A DNA stretch of 32,000 nt from Candidatus Midichloria mitochondrii IricVA (GCF_000219355.1 NC_015722.1:750001-782000); one strand, 5' to 3'. Shown: positions 1 through 8,932, numbered from the stretch's first letter. Program-made: numbers and translations. The notes: generated by a model not told the origin, from the letters alone.

Positions 1-429
1 ATGCTCCATGGCCATCTGACCCTCCGCATAACTTATCAAACTCTTGGTTTAAGTAGCCTGGAAGCATGGAAGGGTAACAGTCTCCTCTAAACTGGGTAAT
101 CATTGTGACGTTTCCATTTGGGCAATGATTGATTAAAGGACTTTGACAAGCTTCTGTGAAAGAGGCACGTGGGCTGGCTTGTAGATTCCAATTGACCCAG
201 TCAAAAGCTTTACTAATGAGGAGGTTCATTGTTTCGCCTGCGAATTTCTGTACGCCAGTACTGTTCATTTCATTTAGAGGGTAGTGCAGAGAGGCTGTAC
301 CCTCAAATTCTCGCTCATCGTTTCTACTCACTCTAACTACTCCACTAAACGGTGTTTCAAAGTGACCAAATGACGGATCATGATAATTATCACTGCTAGG
401 GCACAGATCCAACTCAGCTGCTAGTGGCA
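1..429 (-). CDS. hypothetical protein, 5' part only (ORF runs off the left edge)
   Basis: The reverse-strand frame is open from ATG (429-427) to position 1 (MPLAAELDLCPSSDNYHDPSFGHFETPFSG...NQEFDKLCGGSDGHGA). It is missing from the ORF track because it has no stop in the window. No family recognised. It is visibly more G+C-rich than the housekeeping genes. Confidence 0.35.
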
Positions 430-506
430 TAGACGGACCTAATAAAGATTCATTATACCTGTGAGTATATGATAAAGAGCTAATTTGCACCAGAAGTAAT
501 TTAAAT

Positions 507-531
507 AATTACCAGGCATTGCCTGGTAATT
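507..531. repeat. 25-nt perfect palindrome spanning the left terminus of the IS1-family relic
   Basis: AATTACCAGGCA-T-TGCCTGGTAATT, 12+1+12 with every pair checked by hand. The second IS1 copy has only the 9-nt core GGCAATGCC. Confidence 0.9.
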
Positions 532-1115
532 ATAGACGGCAATAAGAGGGTGTGATATCTTCGTAGTAAAGCGGGGGGTAGAAATGACAATTAAGTGTAA
601 ATATTGCGGCTCCAGCGAGCAGGTGAAGAATGGCGTGGTATAGGGACAGCAGAGGTATAGATGCAAGAATTGCAAAAAGAATTACCGAGAAGGTAATAAG
701 CGACAGAAATACACTATGAATGATAGACTCAAAACTTAACCTTGAGGACTGTGGGATTAGGACGATGGAGAGACTGACTGGAATCCATAACGGCCAAATA
801 TCTTCATGGATTGAAGGGACGGGGGGCGCTGTGTGCAAGAAAAGTTGGATCGGGTGAAATTATAAAATTGAGCATGTACAGATGATTGCAGCGTTTATGA
901 ATACTGTAAAATCTCCACGCACCATCACAAAACAAAGGCTGGGGCCTCATTGTGGTGGAGTCAAAGAATTCTTTAAGAGGCATTATCTAGCTAGTTTTAA
1001 TCGAAGAACGAAGCGCTATAGCAAATTCCTGAGGATGCTTTGCGCTACTCTTGCCCTCTTTCTTCCATAGGCATTTGCTGGATTTGAAACTTCTATCCAA
1101 ACATTGGGCAATGCC
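515..1115 (+). mobile_element. IS1-family insertion sequence relic with internal deletions and a multiply broken transposase
   Basis: Near-identical to 28518..29325 but about 207 bp shorter (two internal deletions near 850-870). Termini are GGCATTGCC...GGCAATGCC. Translated fragments show IS1-type motifs (KCKYCGS..VKNG, QRYRCKNCKKNYRE, ...SFNRRTKRYSKFLRML) scattered over three frames with stops. Confidence 0.75.
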
Positions 1116-1179
1116 ACTACAAAAATCAATCCACAGGTTATAAGGATCAATTTATTTCCTACTTAGATTATACCCTAAA

Positions 1180-1189
1180 GGGGGGGGGG
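1180..1189. repeat. G10 homopolymer tract
   Basis: Counted directly: g at 1180 plus nine g at 1181-1189, in an otherwise AT-rich, unassigned stretch. Confidence 0.9.
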
Positions 1190-1688
1190 TTATTTAAACA
1201 AGGTGGAGGCAGCCTATTGACGAATTCGGCAGAAACTAGCATGGGGGGAGCACCATATAGAGAGTGTCAAAATTTAGAAATCGACCTGCTACAAGGTAAT
1301 TAGCTGCCATCATATATACTTTCAAATCTAAGTCCATATAGCGCGCTGAATCTAGAACACTTTTATACCACGCTAGCTTTATATTCAAGTTTCCAGCAGT
1401 TAAAGCTTTAACTGTGCCTCCCAAGGTCACTCGTATAGTTTTTCCAAGTTTCCTGTCGTCTATGTCAGAGAAGTATATATTTCTCTAACTTGAAGGGGAT
1501 TGAGCTTAAAGCGGAGTTTGCGACAGGAAAAGTATGGCTAGCCTTCCCTCCCTTCTGGCAAGTAAAGCTTACGAGGCGAGCCATTTTAAAAACGAACCTT
1601 GCAACAGTAAATCTAATACGGCTTGCGTCCCCGCCGAGGATTTTCTCATTCTTCATTTGTACGCAGTTTATTCAAAGCTCTAATCAGC

Positions 1689-4325
1689 TCAGTTTCCAGC
1701 ATTTCCACTTCCAGCATTACCACTATCTTTACTAGCTGGAGAATCGGCGCCAGCTCTTTTACTTTCAGCACCATCCTCTTTTTTAGCTTTATTATCGACA
1801 CCGCCGCTGTCGTTTCCTCCTGAAGAATCGTCGCCTTGATCGTCTTCACCAGGACTATCTCTCGATATTGCAGACATTGCATAATTACTGACGTTAAAGG
1901 TAACAGCTTTTAAAGTACCAACAGTTGTACTTTGGGCTTTATCGACTGCGCCCATTACCGTCGCAGTTCTGATAGGGGAGCCGGTAACTATTGTTGATGC
2001 TATTAAAGACATATAAGTTGTAAACATATAACTACCGTGCACTATGATTAAAAATGCTAAAGATGTGGATACGATACTAAAAAGCACACCAAATCCAGCG
2101 CTGGCCTGCCCTGGCATATGAATACTGTATACGGGATAGTATGCAGGTATCCAGCAAGCTTCATATATTGGAGATAGATCGACATATAGCGCACAAGTAG
2201 GGCAAGCTGTGAAATTTAAAATTATTTTTAATAACATTATTAGCAAAGAGTTAAATAACGATATTGCAGCAAAACACAGAATTGGCTGTAAAGCAAAAGA
2301 TATAATCTGTTTACCCCAGTTATCAAAAATGGTTTTAGTTAGGGAGAATAACATGAAAGGTAAGACGATTGGAGTGATAATTATTAGTAAGGAAAGCACT
2401 ATGATAGATGTTAAGTATACCACTAGCACCTTTAAAATATTAACTAAGTAGATAAAAATCCCTATCACTAAAACAGCAGTCATAGCAATTCCAATTAGTC
2501 CATTAAATAGAAGTGCAACAATTTTTTTCCAAACAGCAGCGCTAAGCATAATTTTTAATGGGGCATCAAAGGTCTCGAAAATTAGATAAGGATTTTTAAG
2601 TATTTCTGCTTCAGTTAATCCCGCATTTTCAAGAGAATAAGAGCCGGCCATAATATTTGCTACTATTTCTGTTGTTCCATCAATACAAAGAGGTACCAAA
2701 TAACCGCCGAAGAAACTCCAGCTAGTCGGTGAAATCACTGCTAAGACAAACCCGAATTTAATTAATCTGTGAATTAATTCTTGCTGGTTAGCCCTGATGA
2801 CCCCTACCCCAAAGCCTACACCAAAGAATAGCATATATACTACTAAAGAAGCTCTAACTATACTTGCAAGTTTAGAGTTAGATGCGACACTGTCATAGAT
2901 TTTGTATACCACTCCGCTGTTGGTTACTTCTCCAATTTTTCTATTTTTACCAAATATAGTGTTTGTAACGATCTTGACTATTTTAAGGATAGGACCGTCT
3001 TTTACTATGGCATTCGTTTCATCGGCTTTTTCAACTGTAATATAATATTGCCCATGATAATTGGCGGGGTTTTCGTATAAATCCTTAACCTCTTTACTCG
3101 CTCCGGCGCCAGCAGGGATGGTTTTTATTCTTAAAAAGAGTTTACCCTCAATGTTTATATCTGATAAAGTTAGCACTCCTTCTGGCTTCAAAACATCTAA
3201 TGGCAAGTCGTGCCAATCAGTTTCTGGGATTTTTGGAATACGCTCATACATTGAATCTTCTTCCTTATCTTCTTTAAATACAGCGTACTGTATCCTACTA
3301 CCATCATTAAATGGACACCCGCCCCATTTGACTTCAACATTGTAACCCCCAAAGTGATTAATTTTATACAAGTTCATATAAGGAGTGGGATCTCTACCAG
3401 AAAAAGGAATTTCATCGTGATGCCTTATAGCGAGTGGAGTTCTTTTATCGCTAAATTCTTGCAATATACCTGAAAAAGAGTATTTGCTCTTGCCGTATTG
3501 TGTTAGCTTAATGCATTCTGGTTTTGAAAAGGATTCTTGTTTTTTATCATCACATCCACTTACTCCTTTGTTGAATTCACCTTTTAAAACCTCATCTGTT
3601 ACTTTGCCGGTTAAGTTAAATATAGTATACGAATCTTGAGGAGGATTAGTATTAAAAACACCAATAGGAGCATTATCAGGACGAGCTCTTTCTCCTTGGA
3701 TTACGTAACGCATTGAGGTTCCCGCTGTAAAACTAAAAGAAGTTTGCATTGGGTCTTTAATTGAAATTGCAGAAGAATTTAAAAATATATTTTTACAATT
3801 TGCTTTAGCGGCATCTGTTACGCTATTACTCCTTAAACAATCTACTAGCAATTTTCTTGTAGCTAAGTCAGTACCATTGCGTTTATAAGCGTATTCTCCA
3901 TACCAAGTAATATTTAGTTCATCGCCGTTTGCAACATATACTCCAGTATTAATATAATTTGGGTTTCTTGCATGCCAATCGCAAGCTGTATTTCCCATTC
4001 TATTTATCCAGATTTTTTTATTGGTTAAGGCATTGAAATCGGCATCAGACATATCAGCAAAGCACTGATTCTCCATTTTATTAGACCAAGCTTGTTGTTT
4101 ACTTGTATCATCATCCCAATTTGACTTAGTAATGTCAAAATTAGCTGCATTAATATTAGGAAAGATTGGAGTAAGAACCAAAGATTTTTTGCCACATAAA
4201 TATATTTTGCTGCTGTCTGCAGCGAGGCCGGTTAAAGATATTTTCATCTTATCATCCTTTTTCACTGTAAAGCGAGTTCTGACTGTATTGTTGGCGATTT
4301 CTTCTTTTGTGCCAGTACAGGCCAC
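1689..4325 (-). CDS. virB6: TrbL/VirB6-family type IV secretion inner-membrane protein, enlarged Rickettsiales-type, main body
   Basis: 878-aa ORF. Residues from about 487 to 800 form a series of hydrophobic helices that include the VirB6/TrbL-like stretch ITPIVLPFMLFSLTKTIFDNWGKQIISFALQPIL. About 486 non-membrane residues precede them. An acidic Ser/Gly-rich low-complexity tail follows (SPGEDDQGDDSSGGNDSGG...SGNAGSGNAGN). The reported start is GTG; the gene probably continues upstream in the 4252..4785 frame. Confidence 0.75.
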   Translation of the reverse strand: MACTGTKEEIANNTVRTRFTVKKDDKMKISLTGLAADSSKIYLCGKKSLVLTPIFPNINAANFDITKSNWDDDTSKQQAWSNKMENQCFADMSDADFNALTNKKIWINRMGNTACDWHARNPNYINTGVYVANGDELNITWYGEYAYKRNGTDLATRKLLVDCLRSNSVTDAAKANCKNIFLNSSAISIKDPMQTSFSFTAGTSMRYVIQGERARPDNAPIGVFNTNPPQDSYTIFNLTGKVTDEVLKGEFNKGVSGCDDKKQESFSKPECIKLTQYGKSKYSFSGILQEFSDKRTPLAIRHHDEIPFSGRDPTPYMNLYKINHFGGYNVEVKWGGCPFNDGSRIQYAVFKEDKEEDSMYERIPKIPETDWHDLPLDVLKPEGVLTLSDINIEGKLFLRIKTIPAGAGASKEVKDLYENPANYHGQYYITVEKADETNAIVKDGPILKIVKIVTNTIFGKNRKIGEVTNSGVVYKIYDSVASNSKLASIVRASLVVYMLFFGVGFGVGVIRANQQELIHRLIKFGFVLAVISPTSWSFFGGYLVPLCIDGTTEIVANIMAGSYSLENAGLTEAEILKNPYLIFETFDAPLKIMLSAAVWKKIVALLFNGLIGIAMTAVLVIGIFIYLVNILKVLVVYLTSIIVLSLLIIITPIVLPFMLFSLTKTIFDNWGKQIISFALQPILCFAAISLFNSLLIMLLKIILNFTACPTCALYVDLSPIYEACWIPAYYPVYSIHMPGQASAGFGVLFSIVSTSLAFLIIVHGSYMFTTYMSLIASTIVTGSPIRTATVMGAVDKAQSTTVGTLKAVTFNVSNYAMSAISRDSPGEDDQGDDSSGGNDSGGVDNKAKKEDGAESKRAGADSPASKDSGNAGSGNAGN

Positions 4326-4785
4326 ACCAATTTTTAGCCTCAGGTCTAAGTTCTATTTGGGGTTTGCCGTCTTTATTGCCTACGGCTTCGAAATATTTAC
4401 TCTTAAATATTTCGCCATTTTGGCAGACAGTCATACAGTTACTTATAATATCTTCGTTTAGTTCCACTCCTCCAGACTCTGTATAGTTGTCATTTTCATA
4501 AATTTTTCTTGAAAAAGCGCCGCATTCTTTTTGGCATCTAGCTTGGCATGTCCTATTAAGAGGACTTAAAACAATCGCATCTATTGGATTATCAGTGAGT
4601 TCATATCCTTTAACACACTCACCATACAAATTGTAATAGGCAAAAGTATTACTATAAGTGAGAATTGACGCTACCAACCAGATCATTAAGTTAAGAATGA
4701 ATTTGTTATAGCTTTGGATGCGCAGATAAGCATAACCTAACGAGTATTTTCTCTGCATTTCAAAACTAATATTAATCCGCATCAC
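4252..4785 (-). CDS. signal-anchor plus Cys-rich N-terminal segment, probably the true 5' end of the VirB6-like gene (a +1 frame change is needed)
   Basis: 177-aa ORF with a hydrophobic anchor (FILNLMIWLVASILTYSNTFA) and a Cys motif (CQARCQKEC...VELNEDIISNCMTVCQNG). Both are conserved in the decayed paralog at 5248..6649. It overlaps the 878-aa ORF by 74 nt, and its last 26 aa are the out-of-frame reading of that ORF. Confidence 0.6.
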   Translation of the reverse strand: MMRINISFEMQRKYSLGYAYLRIQSYNKFILNLMIWLVASILTYSNTFAYYNLYGECVKGYELTDNPIDAIVLSPLNRTCQARCQKECGAFSRKIYENDNYTESGGVELNEDIISNCMTVCQNGEIFKSKYFEAVGNKDGKPQIELRPEAKNWCGLYWHKRRNRQQYSQNSLYSEKG

Positions 4786-4890
4786 TTATTAAAAGTAAAT
4801 TTAGTCAATAAAACAAAGAGTAACAGCGAGAGCATACCAATTCAACTGTAGATTGCGTAAATTTTACATCCTAGGGGCGAACGCATAAAA

Positions 4891-4945
4891 GCGTGTCTAC
4901 CTTAGTGGGAAGGTTTGCGTGTGTGTGAAGATAAGGTAGACACGC
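4891..4945. repeat. perfect 14-bp inverted repeat with a 27-nt spacer in the divergent intergenic region
   Basis: GCGTGTCTACCTTA (4891-4904) and TAAGGTAGACACGC (4932-4945). They sit in a local G+C-rich island about 105 bp upstream of the VirB6-like start codon. Confidence 0.9.
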
Positions 4946-5247
4946 CATTGATAGGTGCTAAACTATTTTTTTAATTTTATTTAGCACATATAGCTAAAGT
5001 ATAAGTTGCAAAAATCAACAAGTCAACAATCAACTCAAAGATTTAATAAAAAAATTTATAAAAATTTAATTTTTTAATTCTTATAAGGTGTTTACATCAA
5101 ATAATAAAGCTTTTAGACCCCTAATTTAGCTCAGATTATAATATATTTCATTAAAATATTACCAAATTATGTTTTTTTAATAAATTTGGTCAAATAATTA
5201 AGGAATGCCTTGATTAACTTCTTACGAATGCTACGCTGAACGCTAGT

Positions 5248-6649
5248 GTGTTGAGTTATATACAAAAATGGGGCTTGCTAAGACGGGCGTGGTCGATTTT
5301 CAGCGCTATCAGTTATATATTTAACCATTATGCCGTGTTATGCCTTGGCTTATAAAGATTTTTATAACCAATGTGTAAAGTCTTATGGGTTTGCTGATGA
5401 AACCTAGGAAGCAATAGTTGCCAACTCCGCTTAATTATATTTGTTATCGTCGTTGCAAAGATGAATATAGCGATTTTTCGAGGACCTATTCAGTGACTCC
5501 AGATGGAAAAGACCAAGTTGAGTTAAATGAAGATGTTATAATTTCTTGTTATCCGCAATGTCAAAAAGGCGTATTGTTTTCAAGCAAAACATTGGAGCTA
5601 GATAGATCGGCATCTCAGCAAGTTAGTGGTAATGCGGTTTGTTATGCCGGAAATAAAAGTGGCTGGACCTTACCCAATTGGAACAGCTTGCAACAGAGAT
5701 TTGGCAAGCAAGATTAGCAATTCCGCGTACAAAACCAAATTTATTGTAAAAAACGGGGATAAATTTGATTTTAGCTTATCCGCTGCGGACAATATTGAGA
5801 ATAAAATTTACATGTGCGGTAGGCAAAAATTAAAACTAAATCCTTTATTCCCCCAACCAACCTTGACCCAAAAACTGATACAATAGATCCAAAAGCCGCT
5901 ATGGGTGCTAATTGGTATGATAATCTGGTTTTCCCACCTACTGGCTTGGTCTAGCAACTAAGAAAATCAGTGCACAGCCCAATACACAGAAGAACAGTGG
6001 AACTATATGTCTAATACTGACGTTTGGAATTTAGCTAGAAGACCTAATATTGGCACTTGCGGGTTGGCACGTTAAAAATCCTTACTATACTAATACAGGT
6101 ATTTTCGTTGCAGATGGAGATGAATTTAAGATTAGTTGGAGTGGTGATTATTCTTATATAGAAAGTGATGTGTTGTTTGAGAACAGCGCGGGCCAATTTT
6201 TAAGCGATTCTAACATTCTGGAACCCAGAATACATTACTCGCATGTATTGCAAATCCTAATGATACCTCCGAAGCGACTGAGAAATGCAAATACCACAAG
6301 TATCTTTTTGCAAAATGAAAGAGGCGAGAAATTTCAATTAGTTGGGGAAATATGGCCAGAAAGGATGCCACAAGGGTTGGAGTGACTGTAACTCCCGATG
6401 CTGAGTCATGCTCTACTCCAAGACCCATCTTCTTGCCAAGGTAATAACTATAGTATGCCTGGTTTGACTGGTACTGTTATGGATTCTAATATTGTAAGCA
6501 GCTTTAACACAGGAGTTGGTAACTGCATCAAAATAATAAAGAATCATTTTCTGATCCTAAGTGCTTAAAGGTTTCGGATTACGGTACTCATAAATACGCT
6601 TTTAGCGGCATTCTATCAGGGTTTAGTAAAGATAAAACTACACTTTTTT
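5248..6649 (+). pseudogene. decayed, 3'-truncated paralog of the VirB6-like gene
   Basis: Collinear protein similarity to the minus-strand gene, spread over all three frames with in-frame TAG/TAA stops. Examples (paralog vs intact): AWSIFSAISYIFNHYA vs IWLVASILTYSNTFA; YKDFYNQCVKSYGFADET* vs YYNLYGECVKGYELTDNP; VELNEDVIISCYPQCQKG vs VELNEDIISNCMTVCQNG; KTKFIVKNGDKF..KIYMCGRQKLKLNPLFP vs RTRFTVKKDDKM..KIYLCGKKSLVLTPIFP; WHVKNPYYTNTGIFVADGDEFKISWSGDYSY vs WHARNPNYINTGVYVANGDELNITWYGEYAY; KYAFSGILSGFSKDKT vs KYSFSGILQEFSDKRT. Similarity stops at the IS982 terminus, at about residue 300 of the 878-aa ORF. Confidence 0.8.
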
Positions 6650-7630
6650 TAACCCCAGTTTGAGGTAAGTTTTAAAGAAATTATCTGATATGGTTTTAAA
6701 GAAATTATCTGATATGGTTTTAAAGAAGCTGTGTAACCATTAGGTTCTTCTCAATTTCACGATAAATAAGGAAAGTGGTTCCCCTAGTAGAAATATTTTG
6801 TTTGATTGATGATTTTTGCAAGCGACAACTCACGTACCAAAGATCCTTAAGAAACTCGCAGAGACAAAGGAAACGAGAGTCTGGGATGATGCTTTCCGAA
6901 GTTATAATGATCCTCGTTTTGTTTCATTTGAGGGCATTACCGGATTCAAAGATTTTTACCTAAACTGTTTTCAAATCTCTCTCAGAGAGGGATTGCCGAA
7001 GCTTATCAGCTACAATCGCTTTGTTGAGCTGGATGCGAGACGCGGTCATCCCGTTGGTCATTCTGCTGAATTGCTGCAAAGGGAAACAAACAGGTACGTT
7101 GACTCAACAAAAAGCTGGAAAAGGTTTGTCATAACTCACGTACTAGCAGTAATAAGGCCTTTAAAGGCACCGCTCAGCGTGGGAAAACGTCGACCCGGAT
7201 GGTTCTTTGGCCTCAATGATCAAGGAGAGATTATGTCATTCACACTGACTTCGGGTAATACAGATGATCGAGCCGTTGTCGAAAAACTGACTCAATATTT
7301 GACAGGCCTTCTATTCGGAGATCGGTGGTATATAAGCAAAAACACTGAGCAATCAAGGTATTGAGCTCATCACACGGCTTAAGAAAAACATGAAAAACAA
7401 AACCCGGCTTGCGGCTTTTTAAACAACTGCTTCTTGCAGGGCGTGGATTGATTGAAACAGCCATCGGACAATTGAAAGAGATTTGACAAATCCAGCACAC
7501 CACGGCACCGCTCGCCAAACAATTTCTTGGCAGACCTCTTCTCGGGGCTCTTGGCTTATGTCTTCAACCCAATATATCTCATTGGAAAAAACAGGCTCAT
7601 GGGCCTACTCCTTACGTCAAACTGAGGTTA
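6650..7630 (+). mobile_element. IS982-family insertion sequence, full-length copy A, transposase broken
   Basis: Terminal inverted repeats TAACCCCAGTTTGAGGTAAG and CTTACGTCAAACTGAGGTTA. Internal fragments show IS982-type motifs (IFCLIDDFCK, LSEVI.ILVLFH, GFKDFYLNCF, LISYNRFVEL, YVDSTK, GWFFGLNDQGEI..TSGNTDDR, FGDRWYISK, GLIETAIGQLK) split over several frames, with a TGA in the C-terminal part. Confidence 0.85.
6669..6716 (+). repeat. tandem duplication (2 x 24 bp plus a partial third unit) in the leader of IS982 copy A
   Basis: GTTTTAAAGAAATTATCTGATATG occurs twice back to back (6669-6692, 6693-6716), followed by GTTTTAAAGAAG... Copies B and D carry the unit only once. Confidence 0.9.
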
Positions 7631-7646
7631 CATATTTAATTACACT

Positions 7647-7669
7647 GGGCCGGTGCCCTTTTTTATTTT
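7647..7669 (+). terminator. possible rho-independent terminator (short GC stem plus T-run)
   Basis: GGGC-CGGT-GCCC followed by TTTTTTATTTT, immediately after the right end of IS982 copy A. The stem is only 4 bp. No intact plus-strand gene lies upstream. Confidence 0.3.
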
Positions 7670-7742
7670 AAATCAGCAAGATAAAATTAAAAGTAGGATA
7701 AACAGTCTAAAGTAGGAGTGGCTTGTTTAATCTAGAGTACAG

Positions 7743-8444
7743 CTATAATTTATTTATCTCCTCTTTAATTTTATCAAGAAATTCTGCTTTTGAAATTTGT
7801 TTGCCATAGATTGGCTCACCTATATGAACCTGCACTGTTCCAGGGTATCTTAACCACTCTCCTTTTCGCCAAAAATTGCCTGAATTAAGAGAAATGGGTA
7901 CTATAGGAATTTCTGGATATGATTTCTGTATAGCAACTATCCCTGGCTGGATGTCTGCATTTTCTCCTGGCCTTATTCTAGTCCCTTCTGGAAATATTAT
8001 TAAACTACGCCCCTGACTAAAAGCTCTCTTGGTTTCAATTATTATATGTTTTATAGACTGCAGGCCATCTTCCCGTTTAATAGAAACCATACCCATCCAC
8101 TTAAGATACCAACCATAAAAAGGGATACTAGTTAACTCCTTTTTTAGAATAAATACCGGTTTCTTTAACATCTTCATCAAGTATACTGTTTCCCACATCG
8201 ACTGATGTTTTGAAGCTATAATAAAGGGTTCAGAAGCTGGCAAATTCTTCTTTCCTTCAACCTTATAATTGATATTACAAATTAATCTTAATGCTACCAT
8301 AACTACTTCAGCCCAAACTGATGCAGTTAAGGCAATAATCTCTTGATTTCTTGTAAGAAGTGTCGGGAGAAAAAGTGTGGTAATGAAAACAGTCCAAACT
8401 GCTAAAAAAATATTGAAAACAGTTGACCTAATGAGGATTCCCAT
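7743..8444 (-). CDS. plsC: 1-acyl-sn-glycerol-3-phosphate acyltransferase
   Basis: 233 aa with an N-terminal membrane anchor, the acyltransferase motifs KHQSMWET and IFPEGTR, and typical length. Confidence 0.85.
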   Translation of the reverse strand: MGILIRSTVFNIFLAVWTVFITTLFLPTLLTRNQEIIALTASVWAEVVMVALRLICNINYKVEGKKNLPASEPFIIASKHQSMWETVYLMKMLKKPVFILKKELTSIPFYGWYLKWMGMVSIKREDGLQSIKHIIIETKRAFSQGRSLIIFPEGTRIRPGENADIQPGIVAIQKSYPEIPIVPISLNSGNFWRKGEWLRYPGTVQVHIGEPIYGKQISKAEFLDKIKEEINKL

Positions 8445-8932
8445 AATTGACTAAAAAGCCGGAGCGCATATCGATTCTAATATTAAGAATTGATATAAAA
8501 GAATTAGAAGTAAAAGTCTAGGATATTGTACTTGCATTTACCACTTTTAACTTCAAAAGCTGTAAAGTATTGCAGCACTCTATTGAGTAGATGTTTTATT
8601 CAGCGAGAGTTGTATTATATGTGTTAACTAACAAACGAGAAGGTGTCTTCTGTAACCGGCCGATTATTTGGAGAATCACTACTGGATATCGCCTTGGATA
8701 ACCAATAAATTCTGTGATTCCTAAGCCTGTTACAACTATTTCATATAATCCTTATAAAAATGCTACTTCTAAATTTCTTGCTTCATTGCTGTTCTCGCTA
8801 TAAGCCAGTTGTTGCCTAAAAGCTATAAACCAATTAGCAAGCTTATCAAATGCGCTATCTCTGGGACTAGATTGACTGTAGAGATATCAGTGGAGCTTGA
8901 TTCATCTACTATAGCTGCTATAAAGGGCGGAG

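Noticed and set aside
2209-4461. Plus-strand ORFs of 80-109 aa (2209..2451, 3061..3345, 4132..4461) inside the VirB6-like gene
   Set aside because: They lie antisense to a long, coherent ORF with clear membrane-protein features. Their sequences are low-complexity and hydrophobic, typical of shadow frames in AT-rich DNA.
4252-6649. Diversity-generating retroelement (template/variable repeat pair) as an explanation for the two related VirB6-like N-terminal regions
   Set aside because: There is no reverse transcriptase gene in the window. The similarity spans over 1 kb at low identity with indels and stops, and the differences are not confined to adenine positions.
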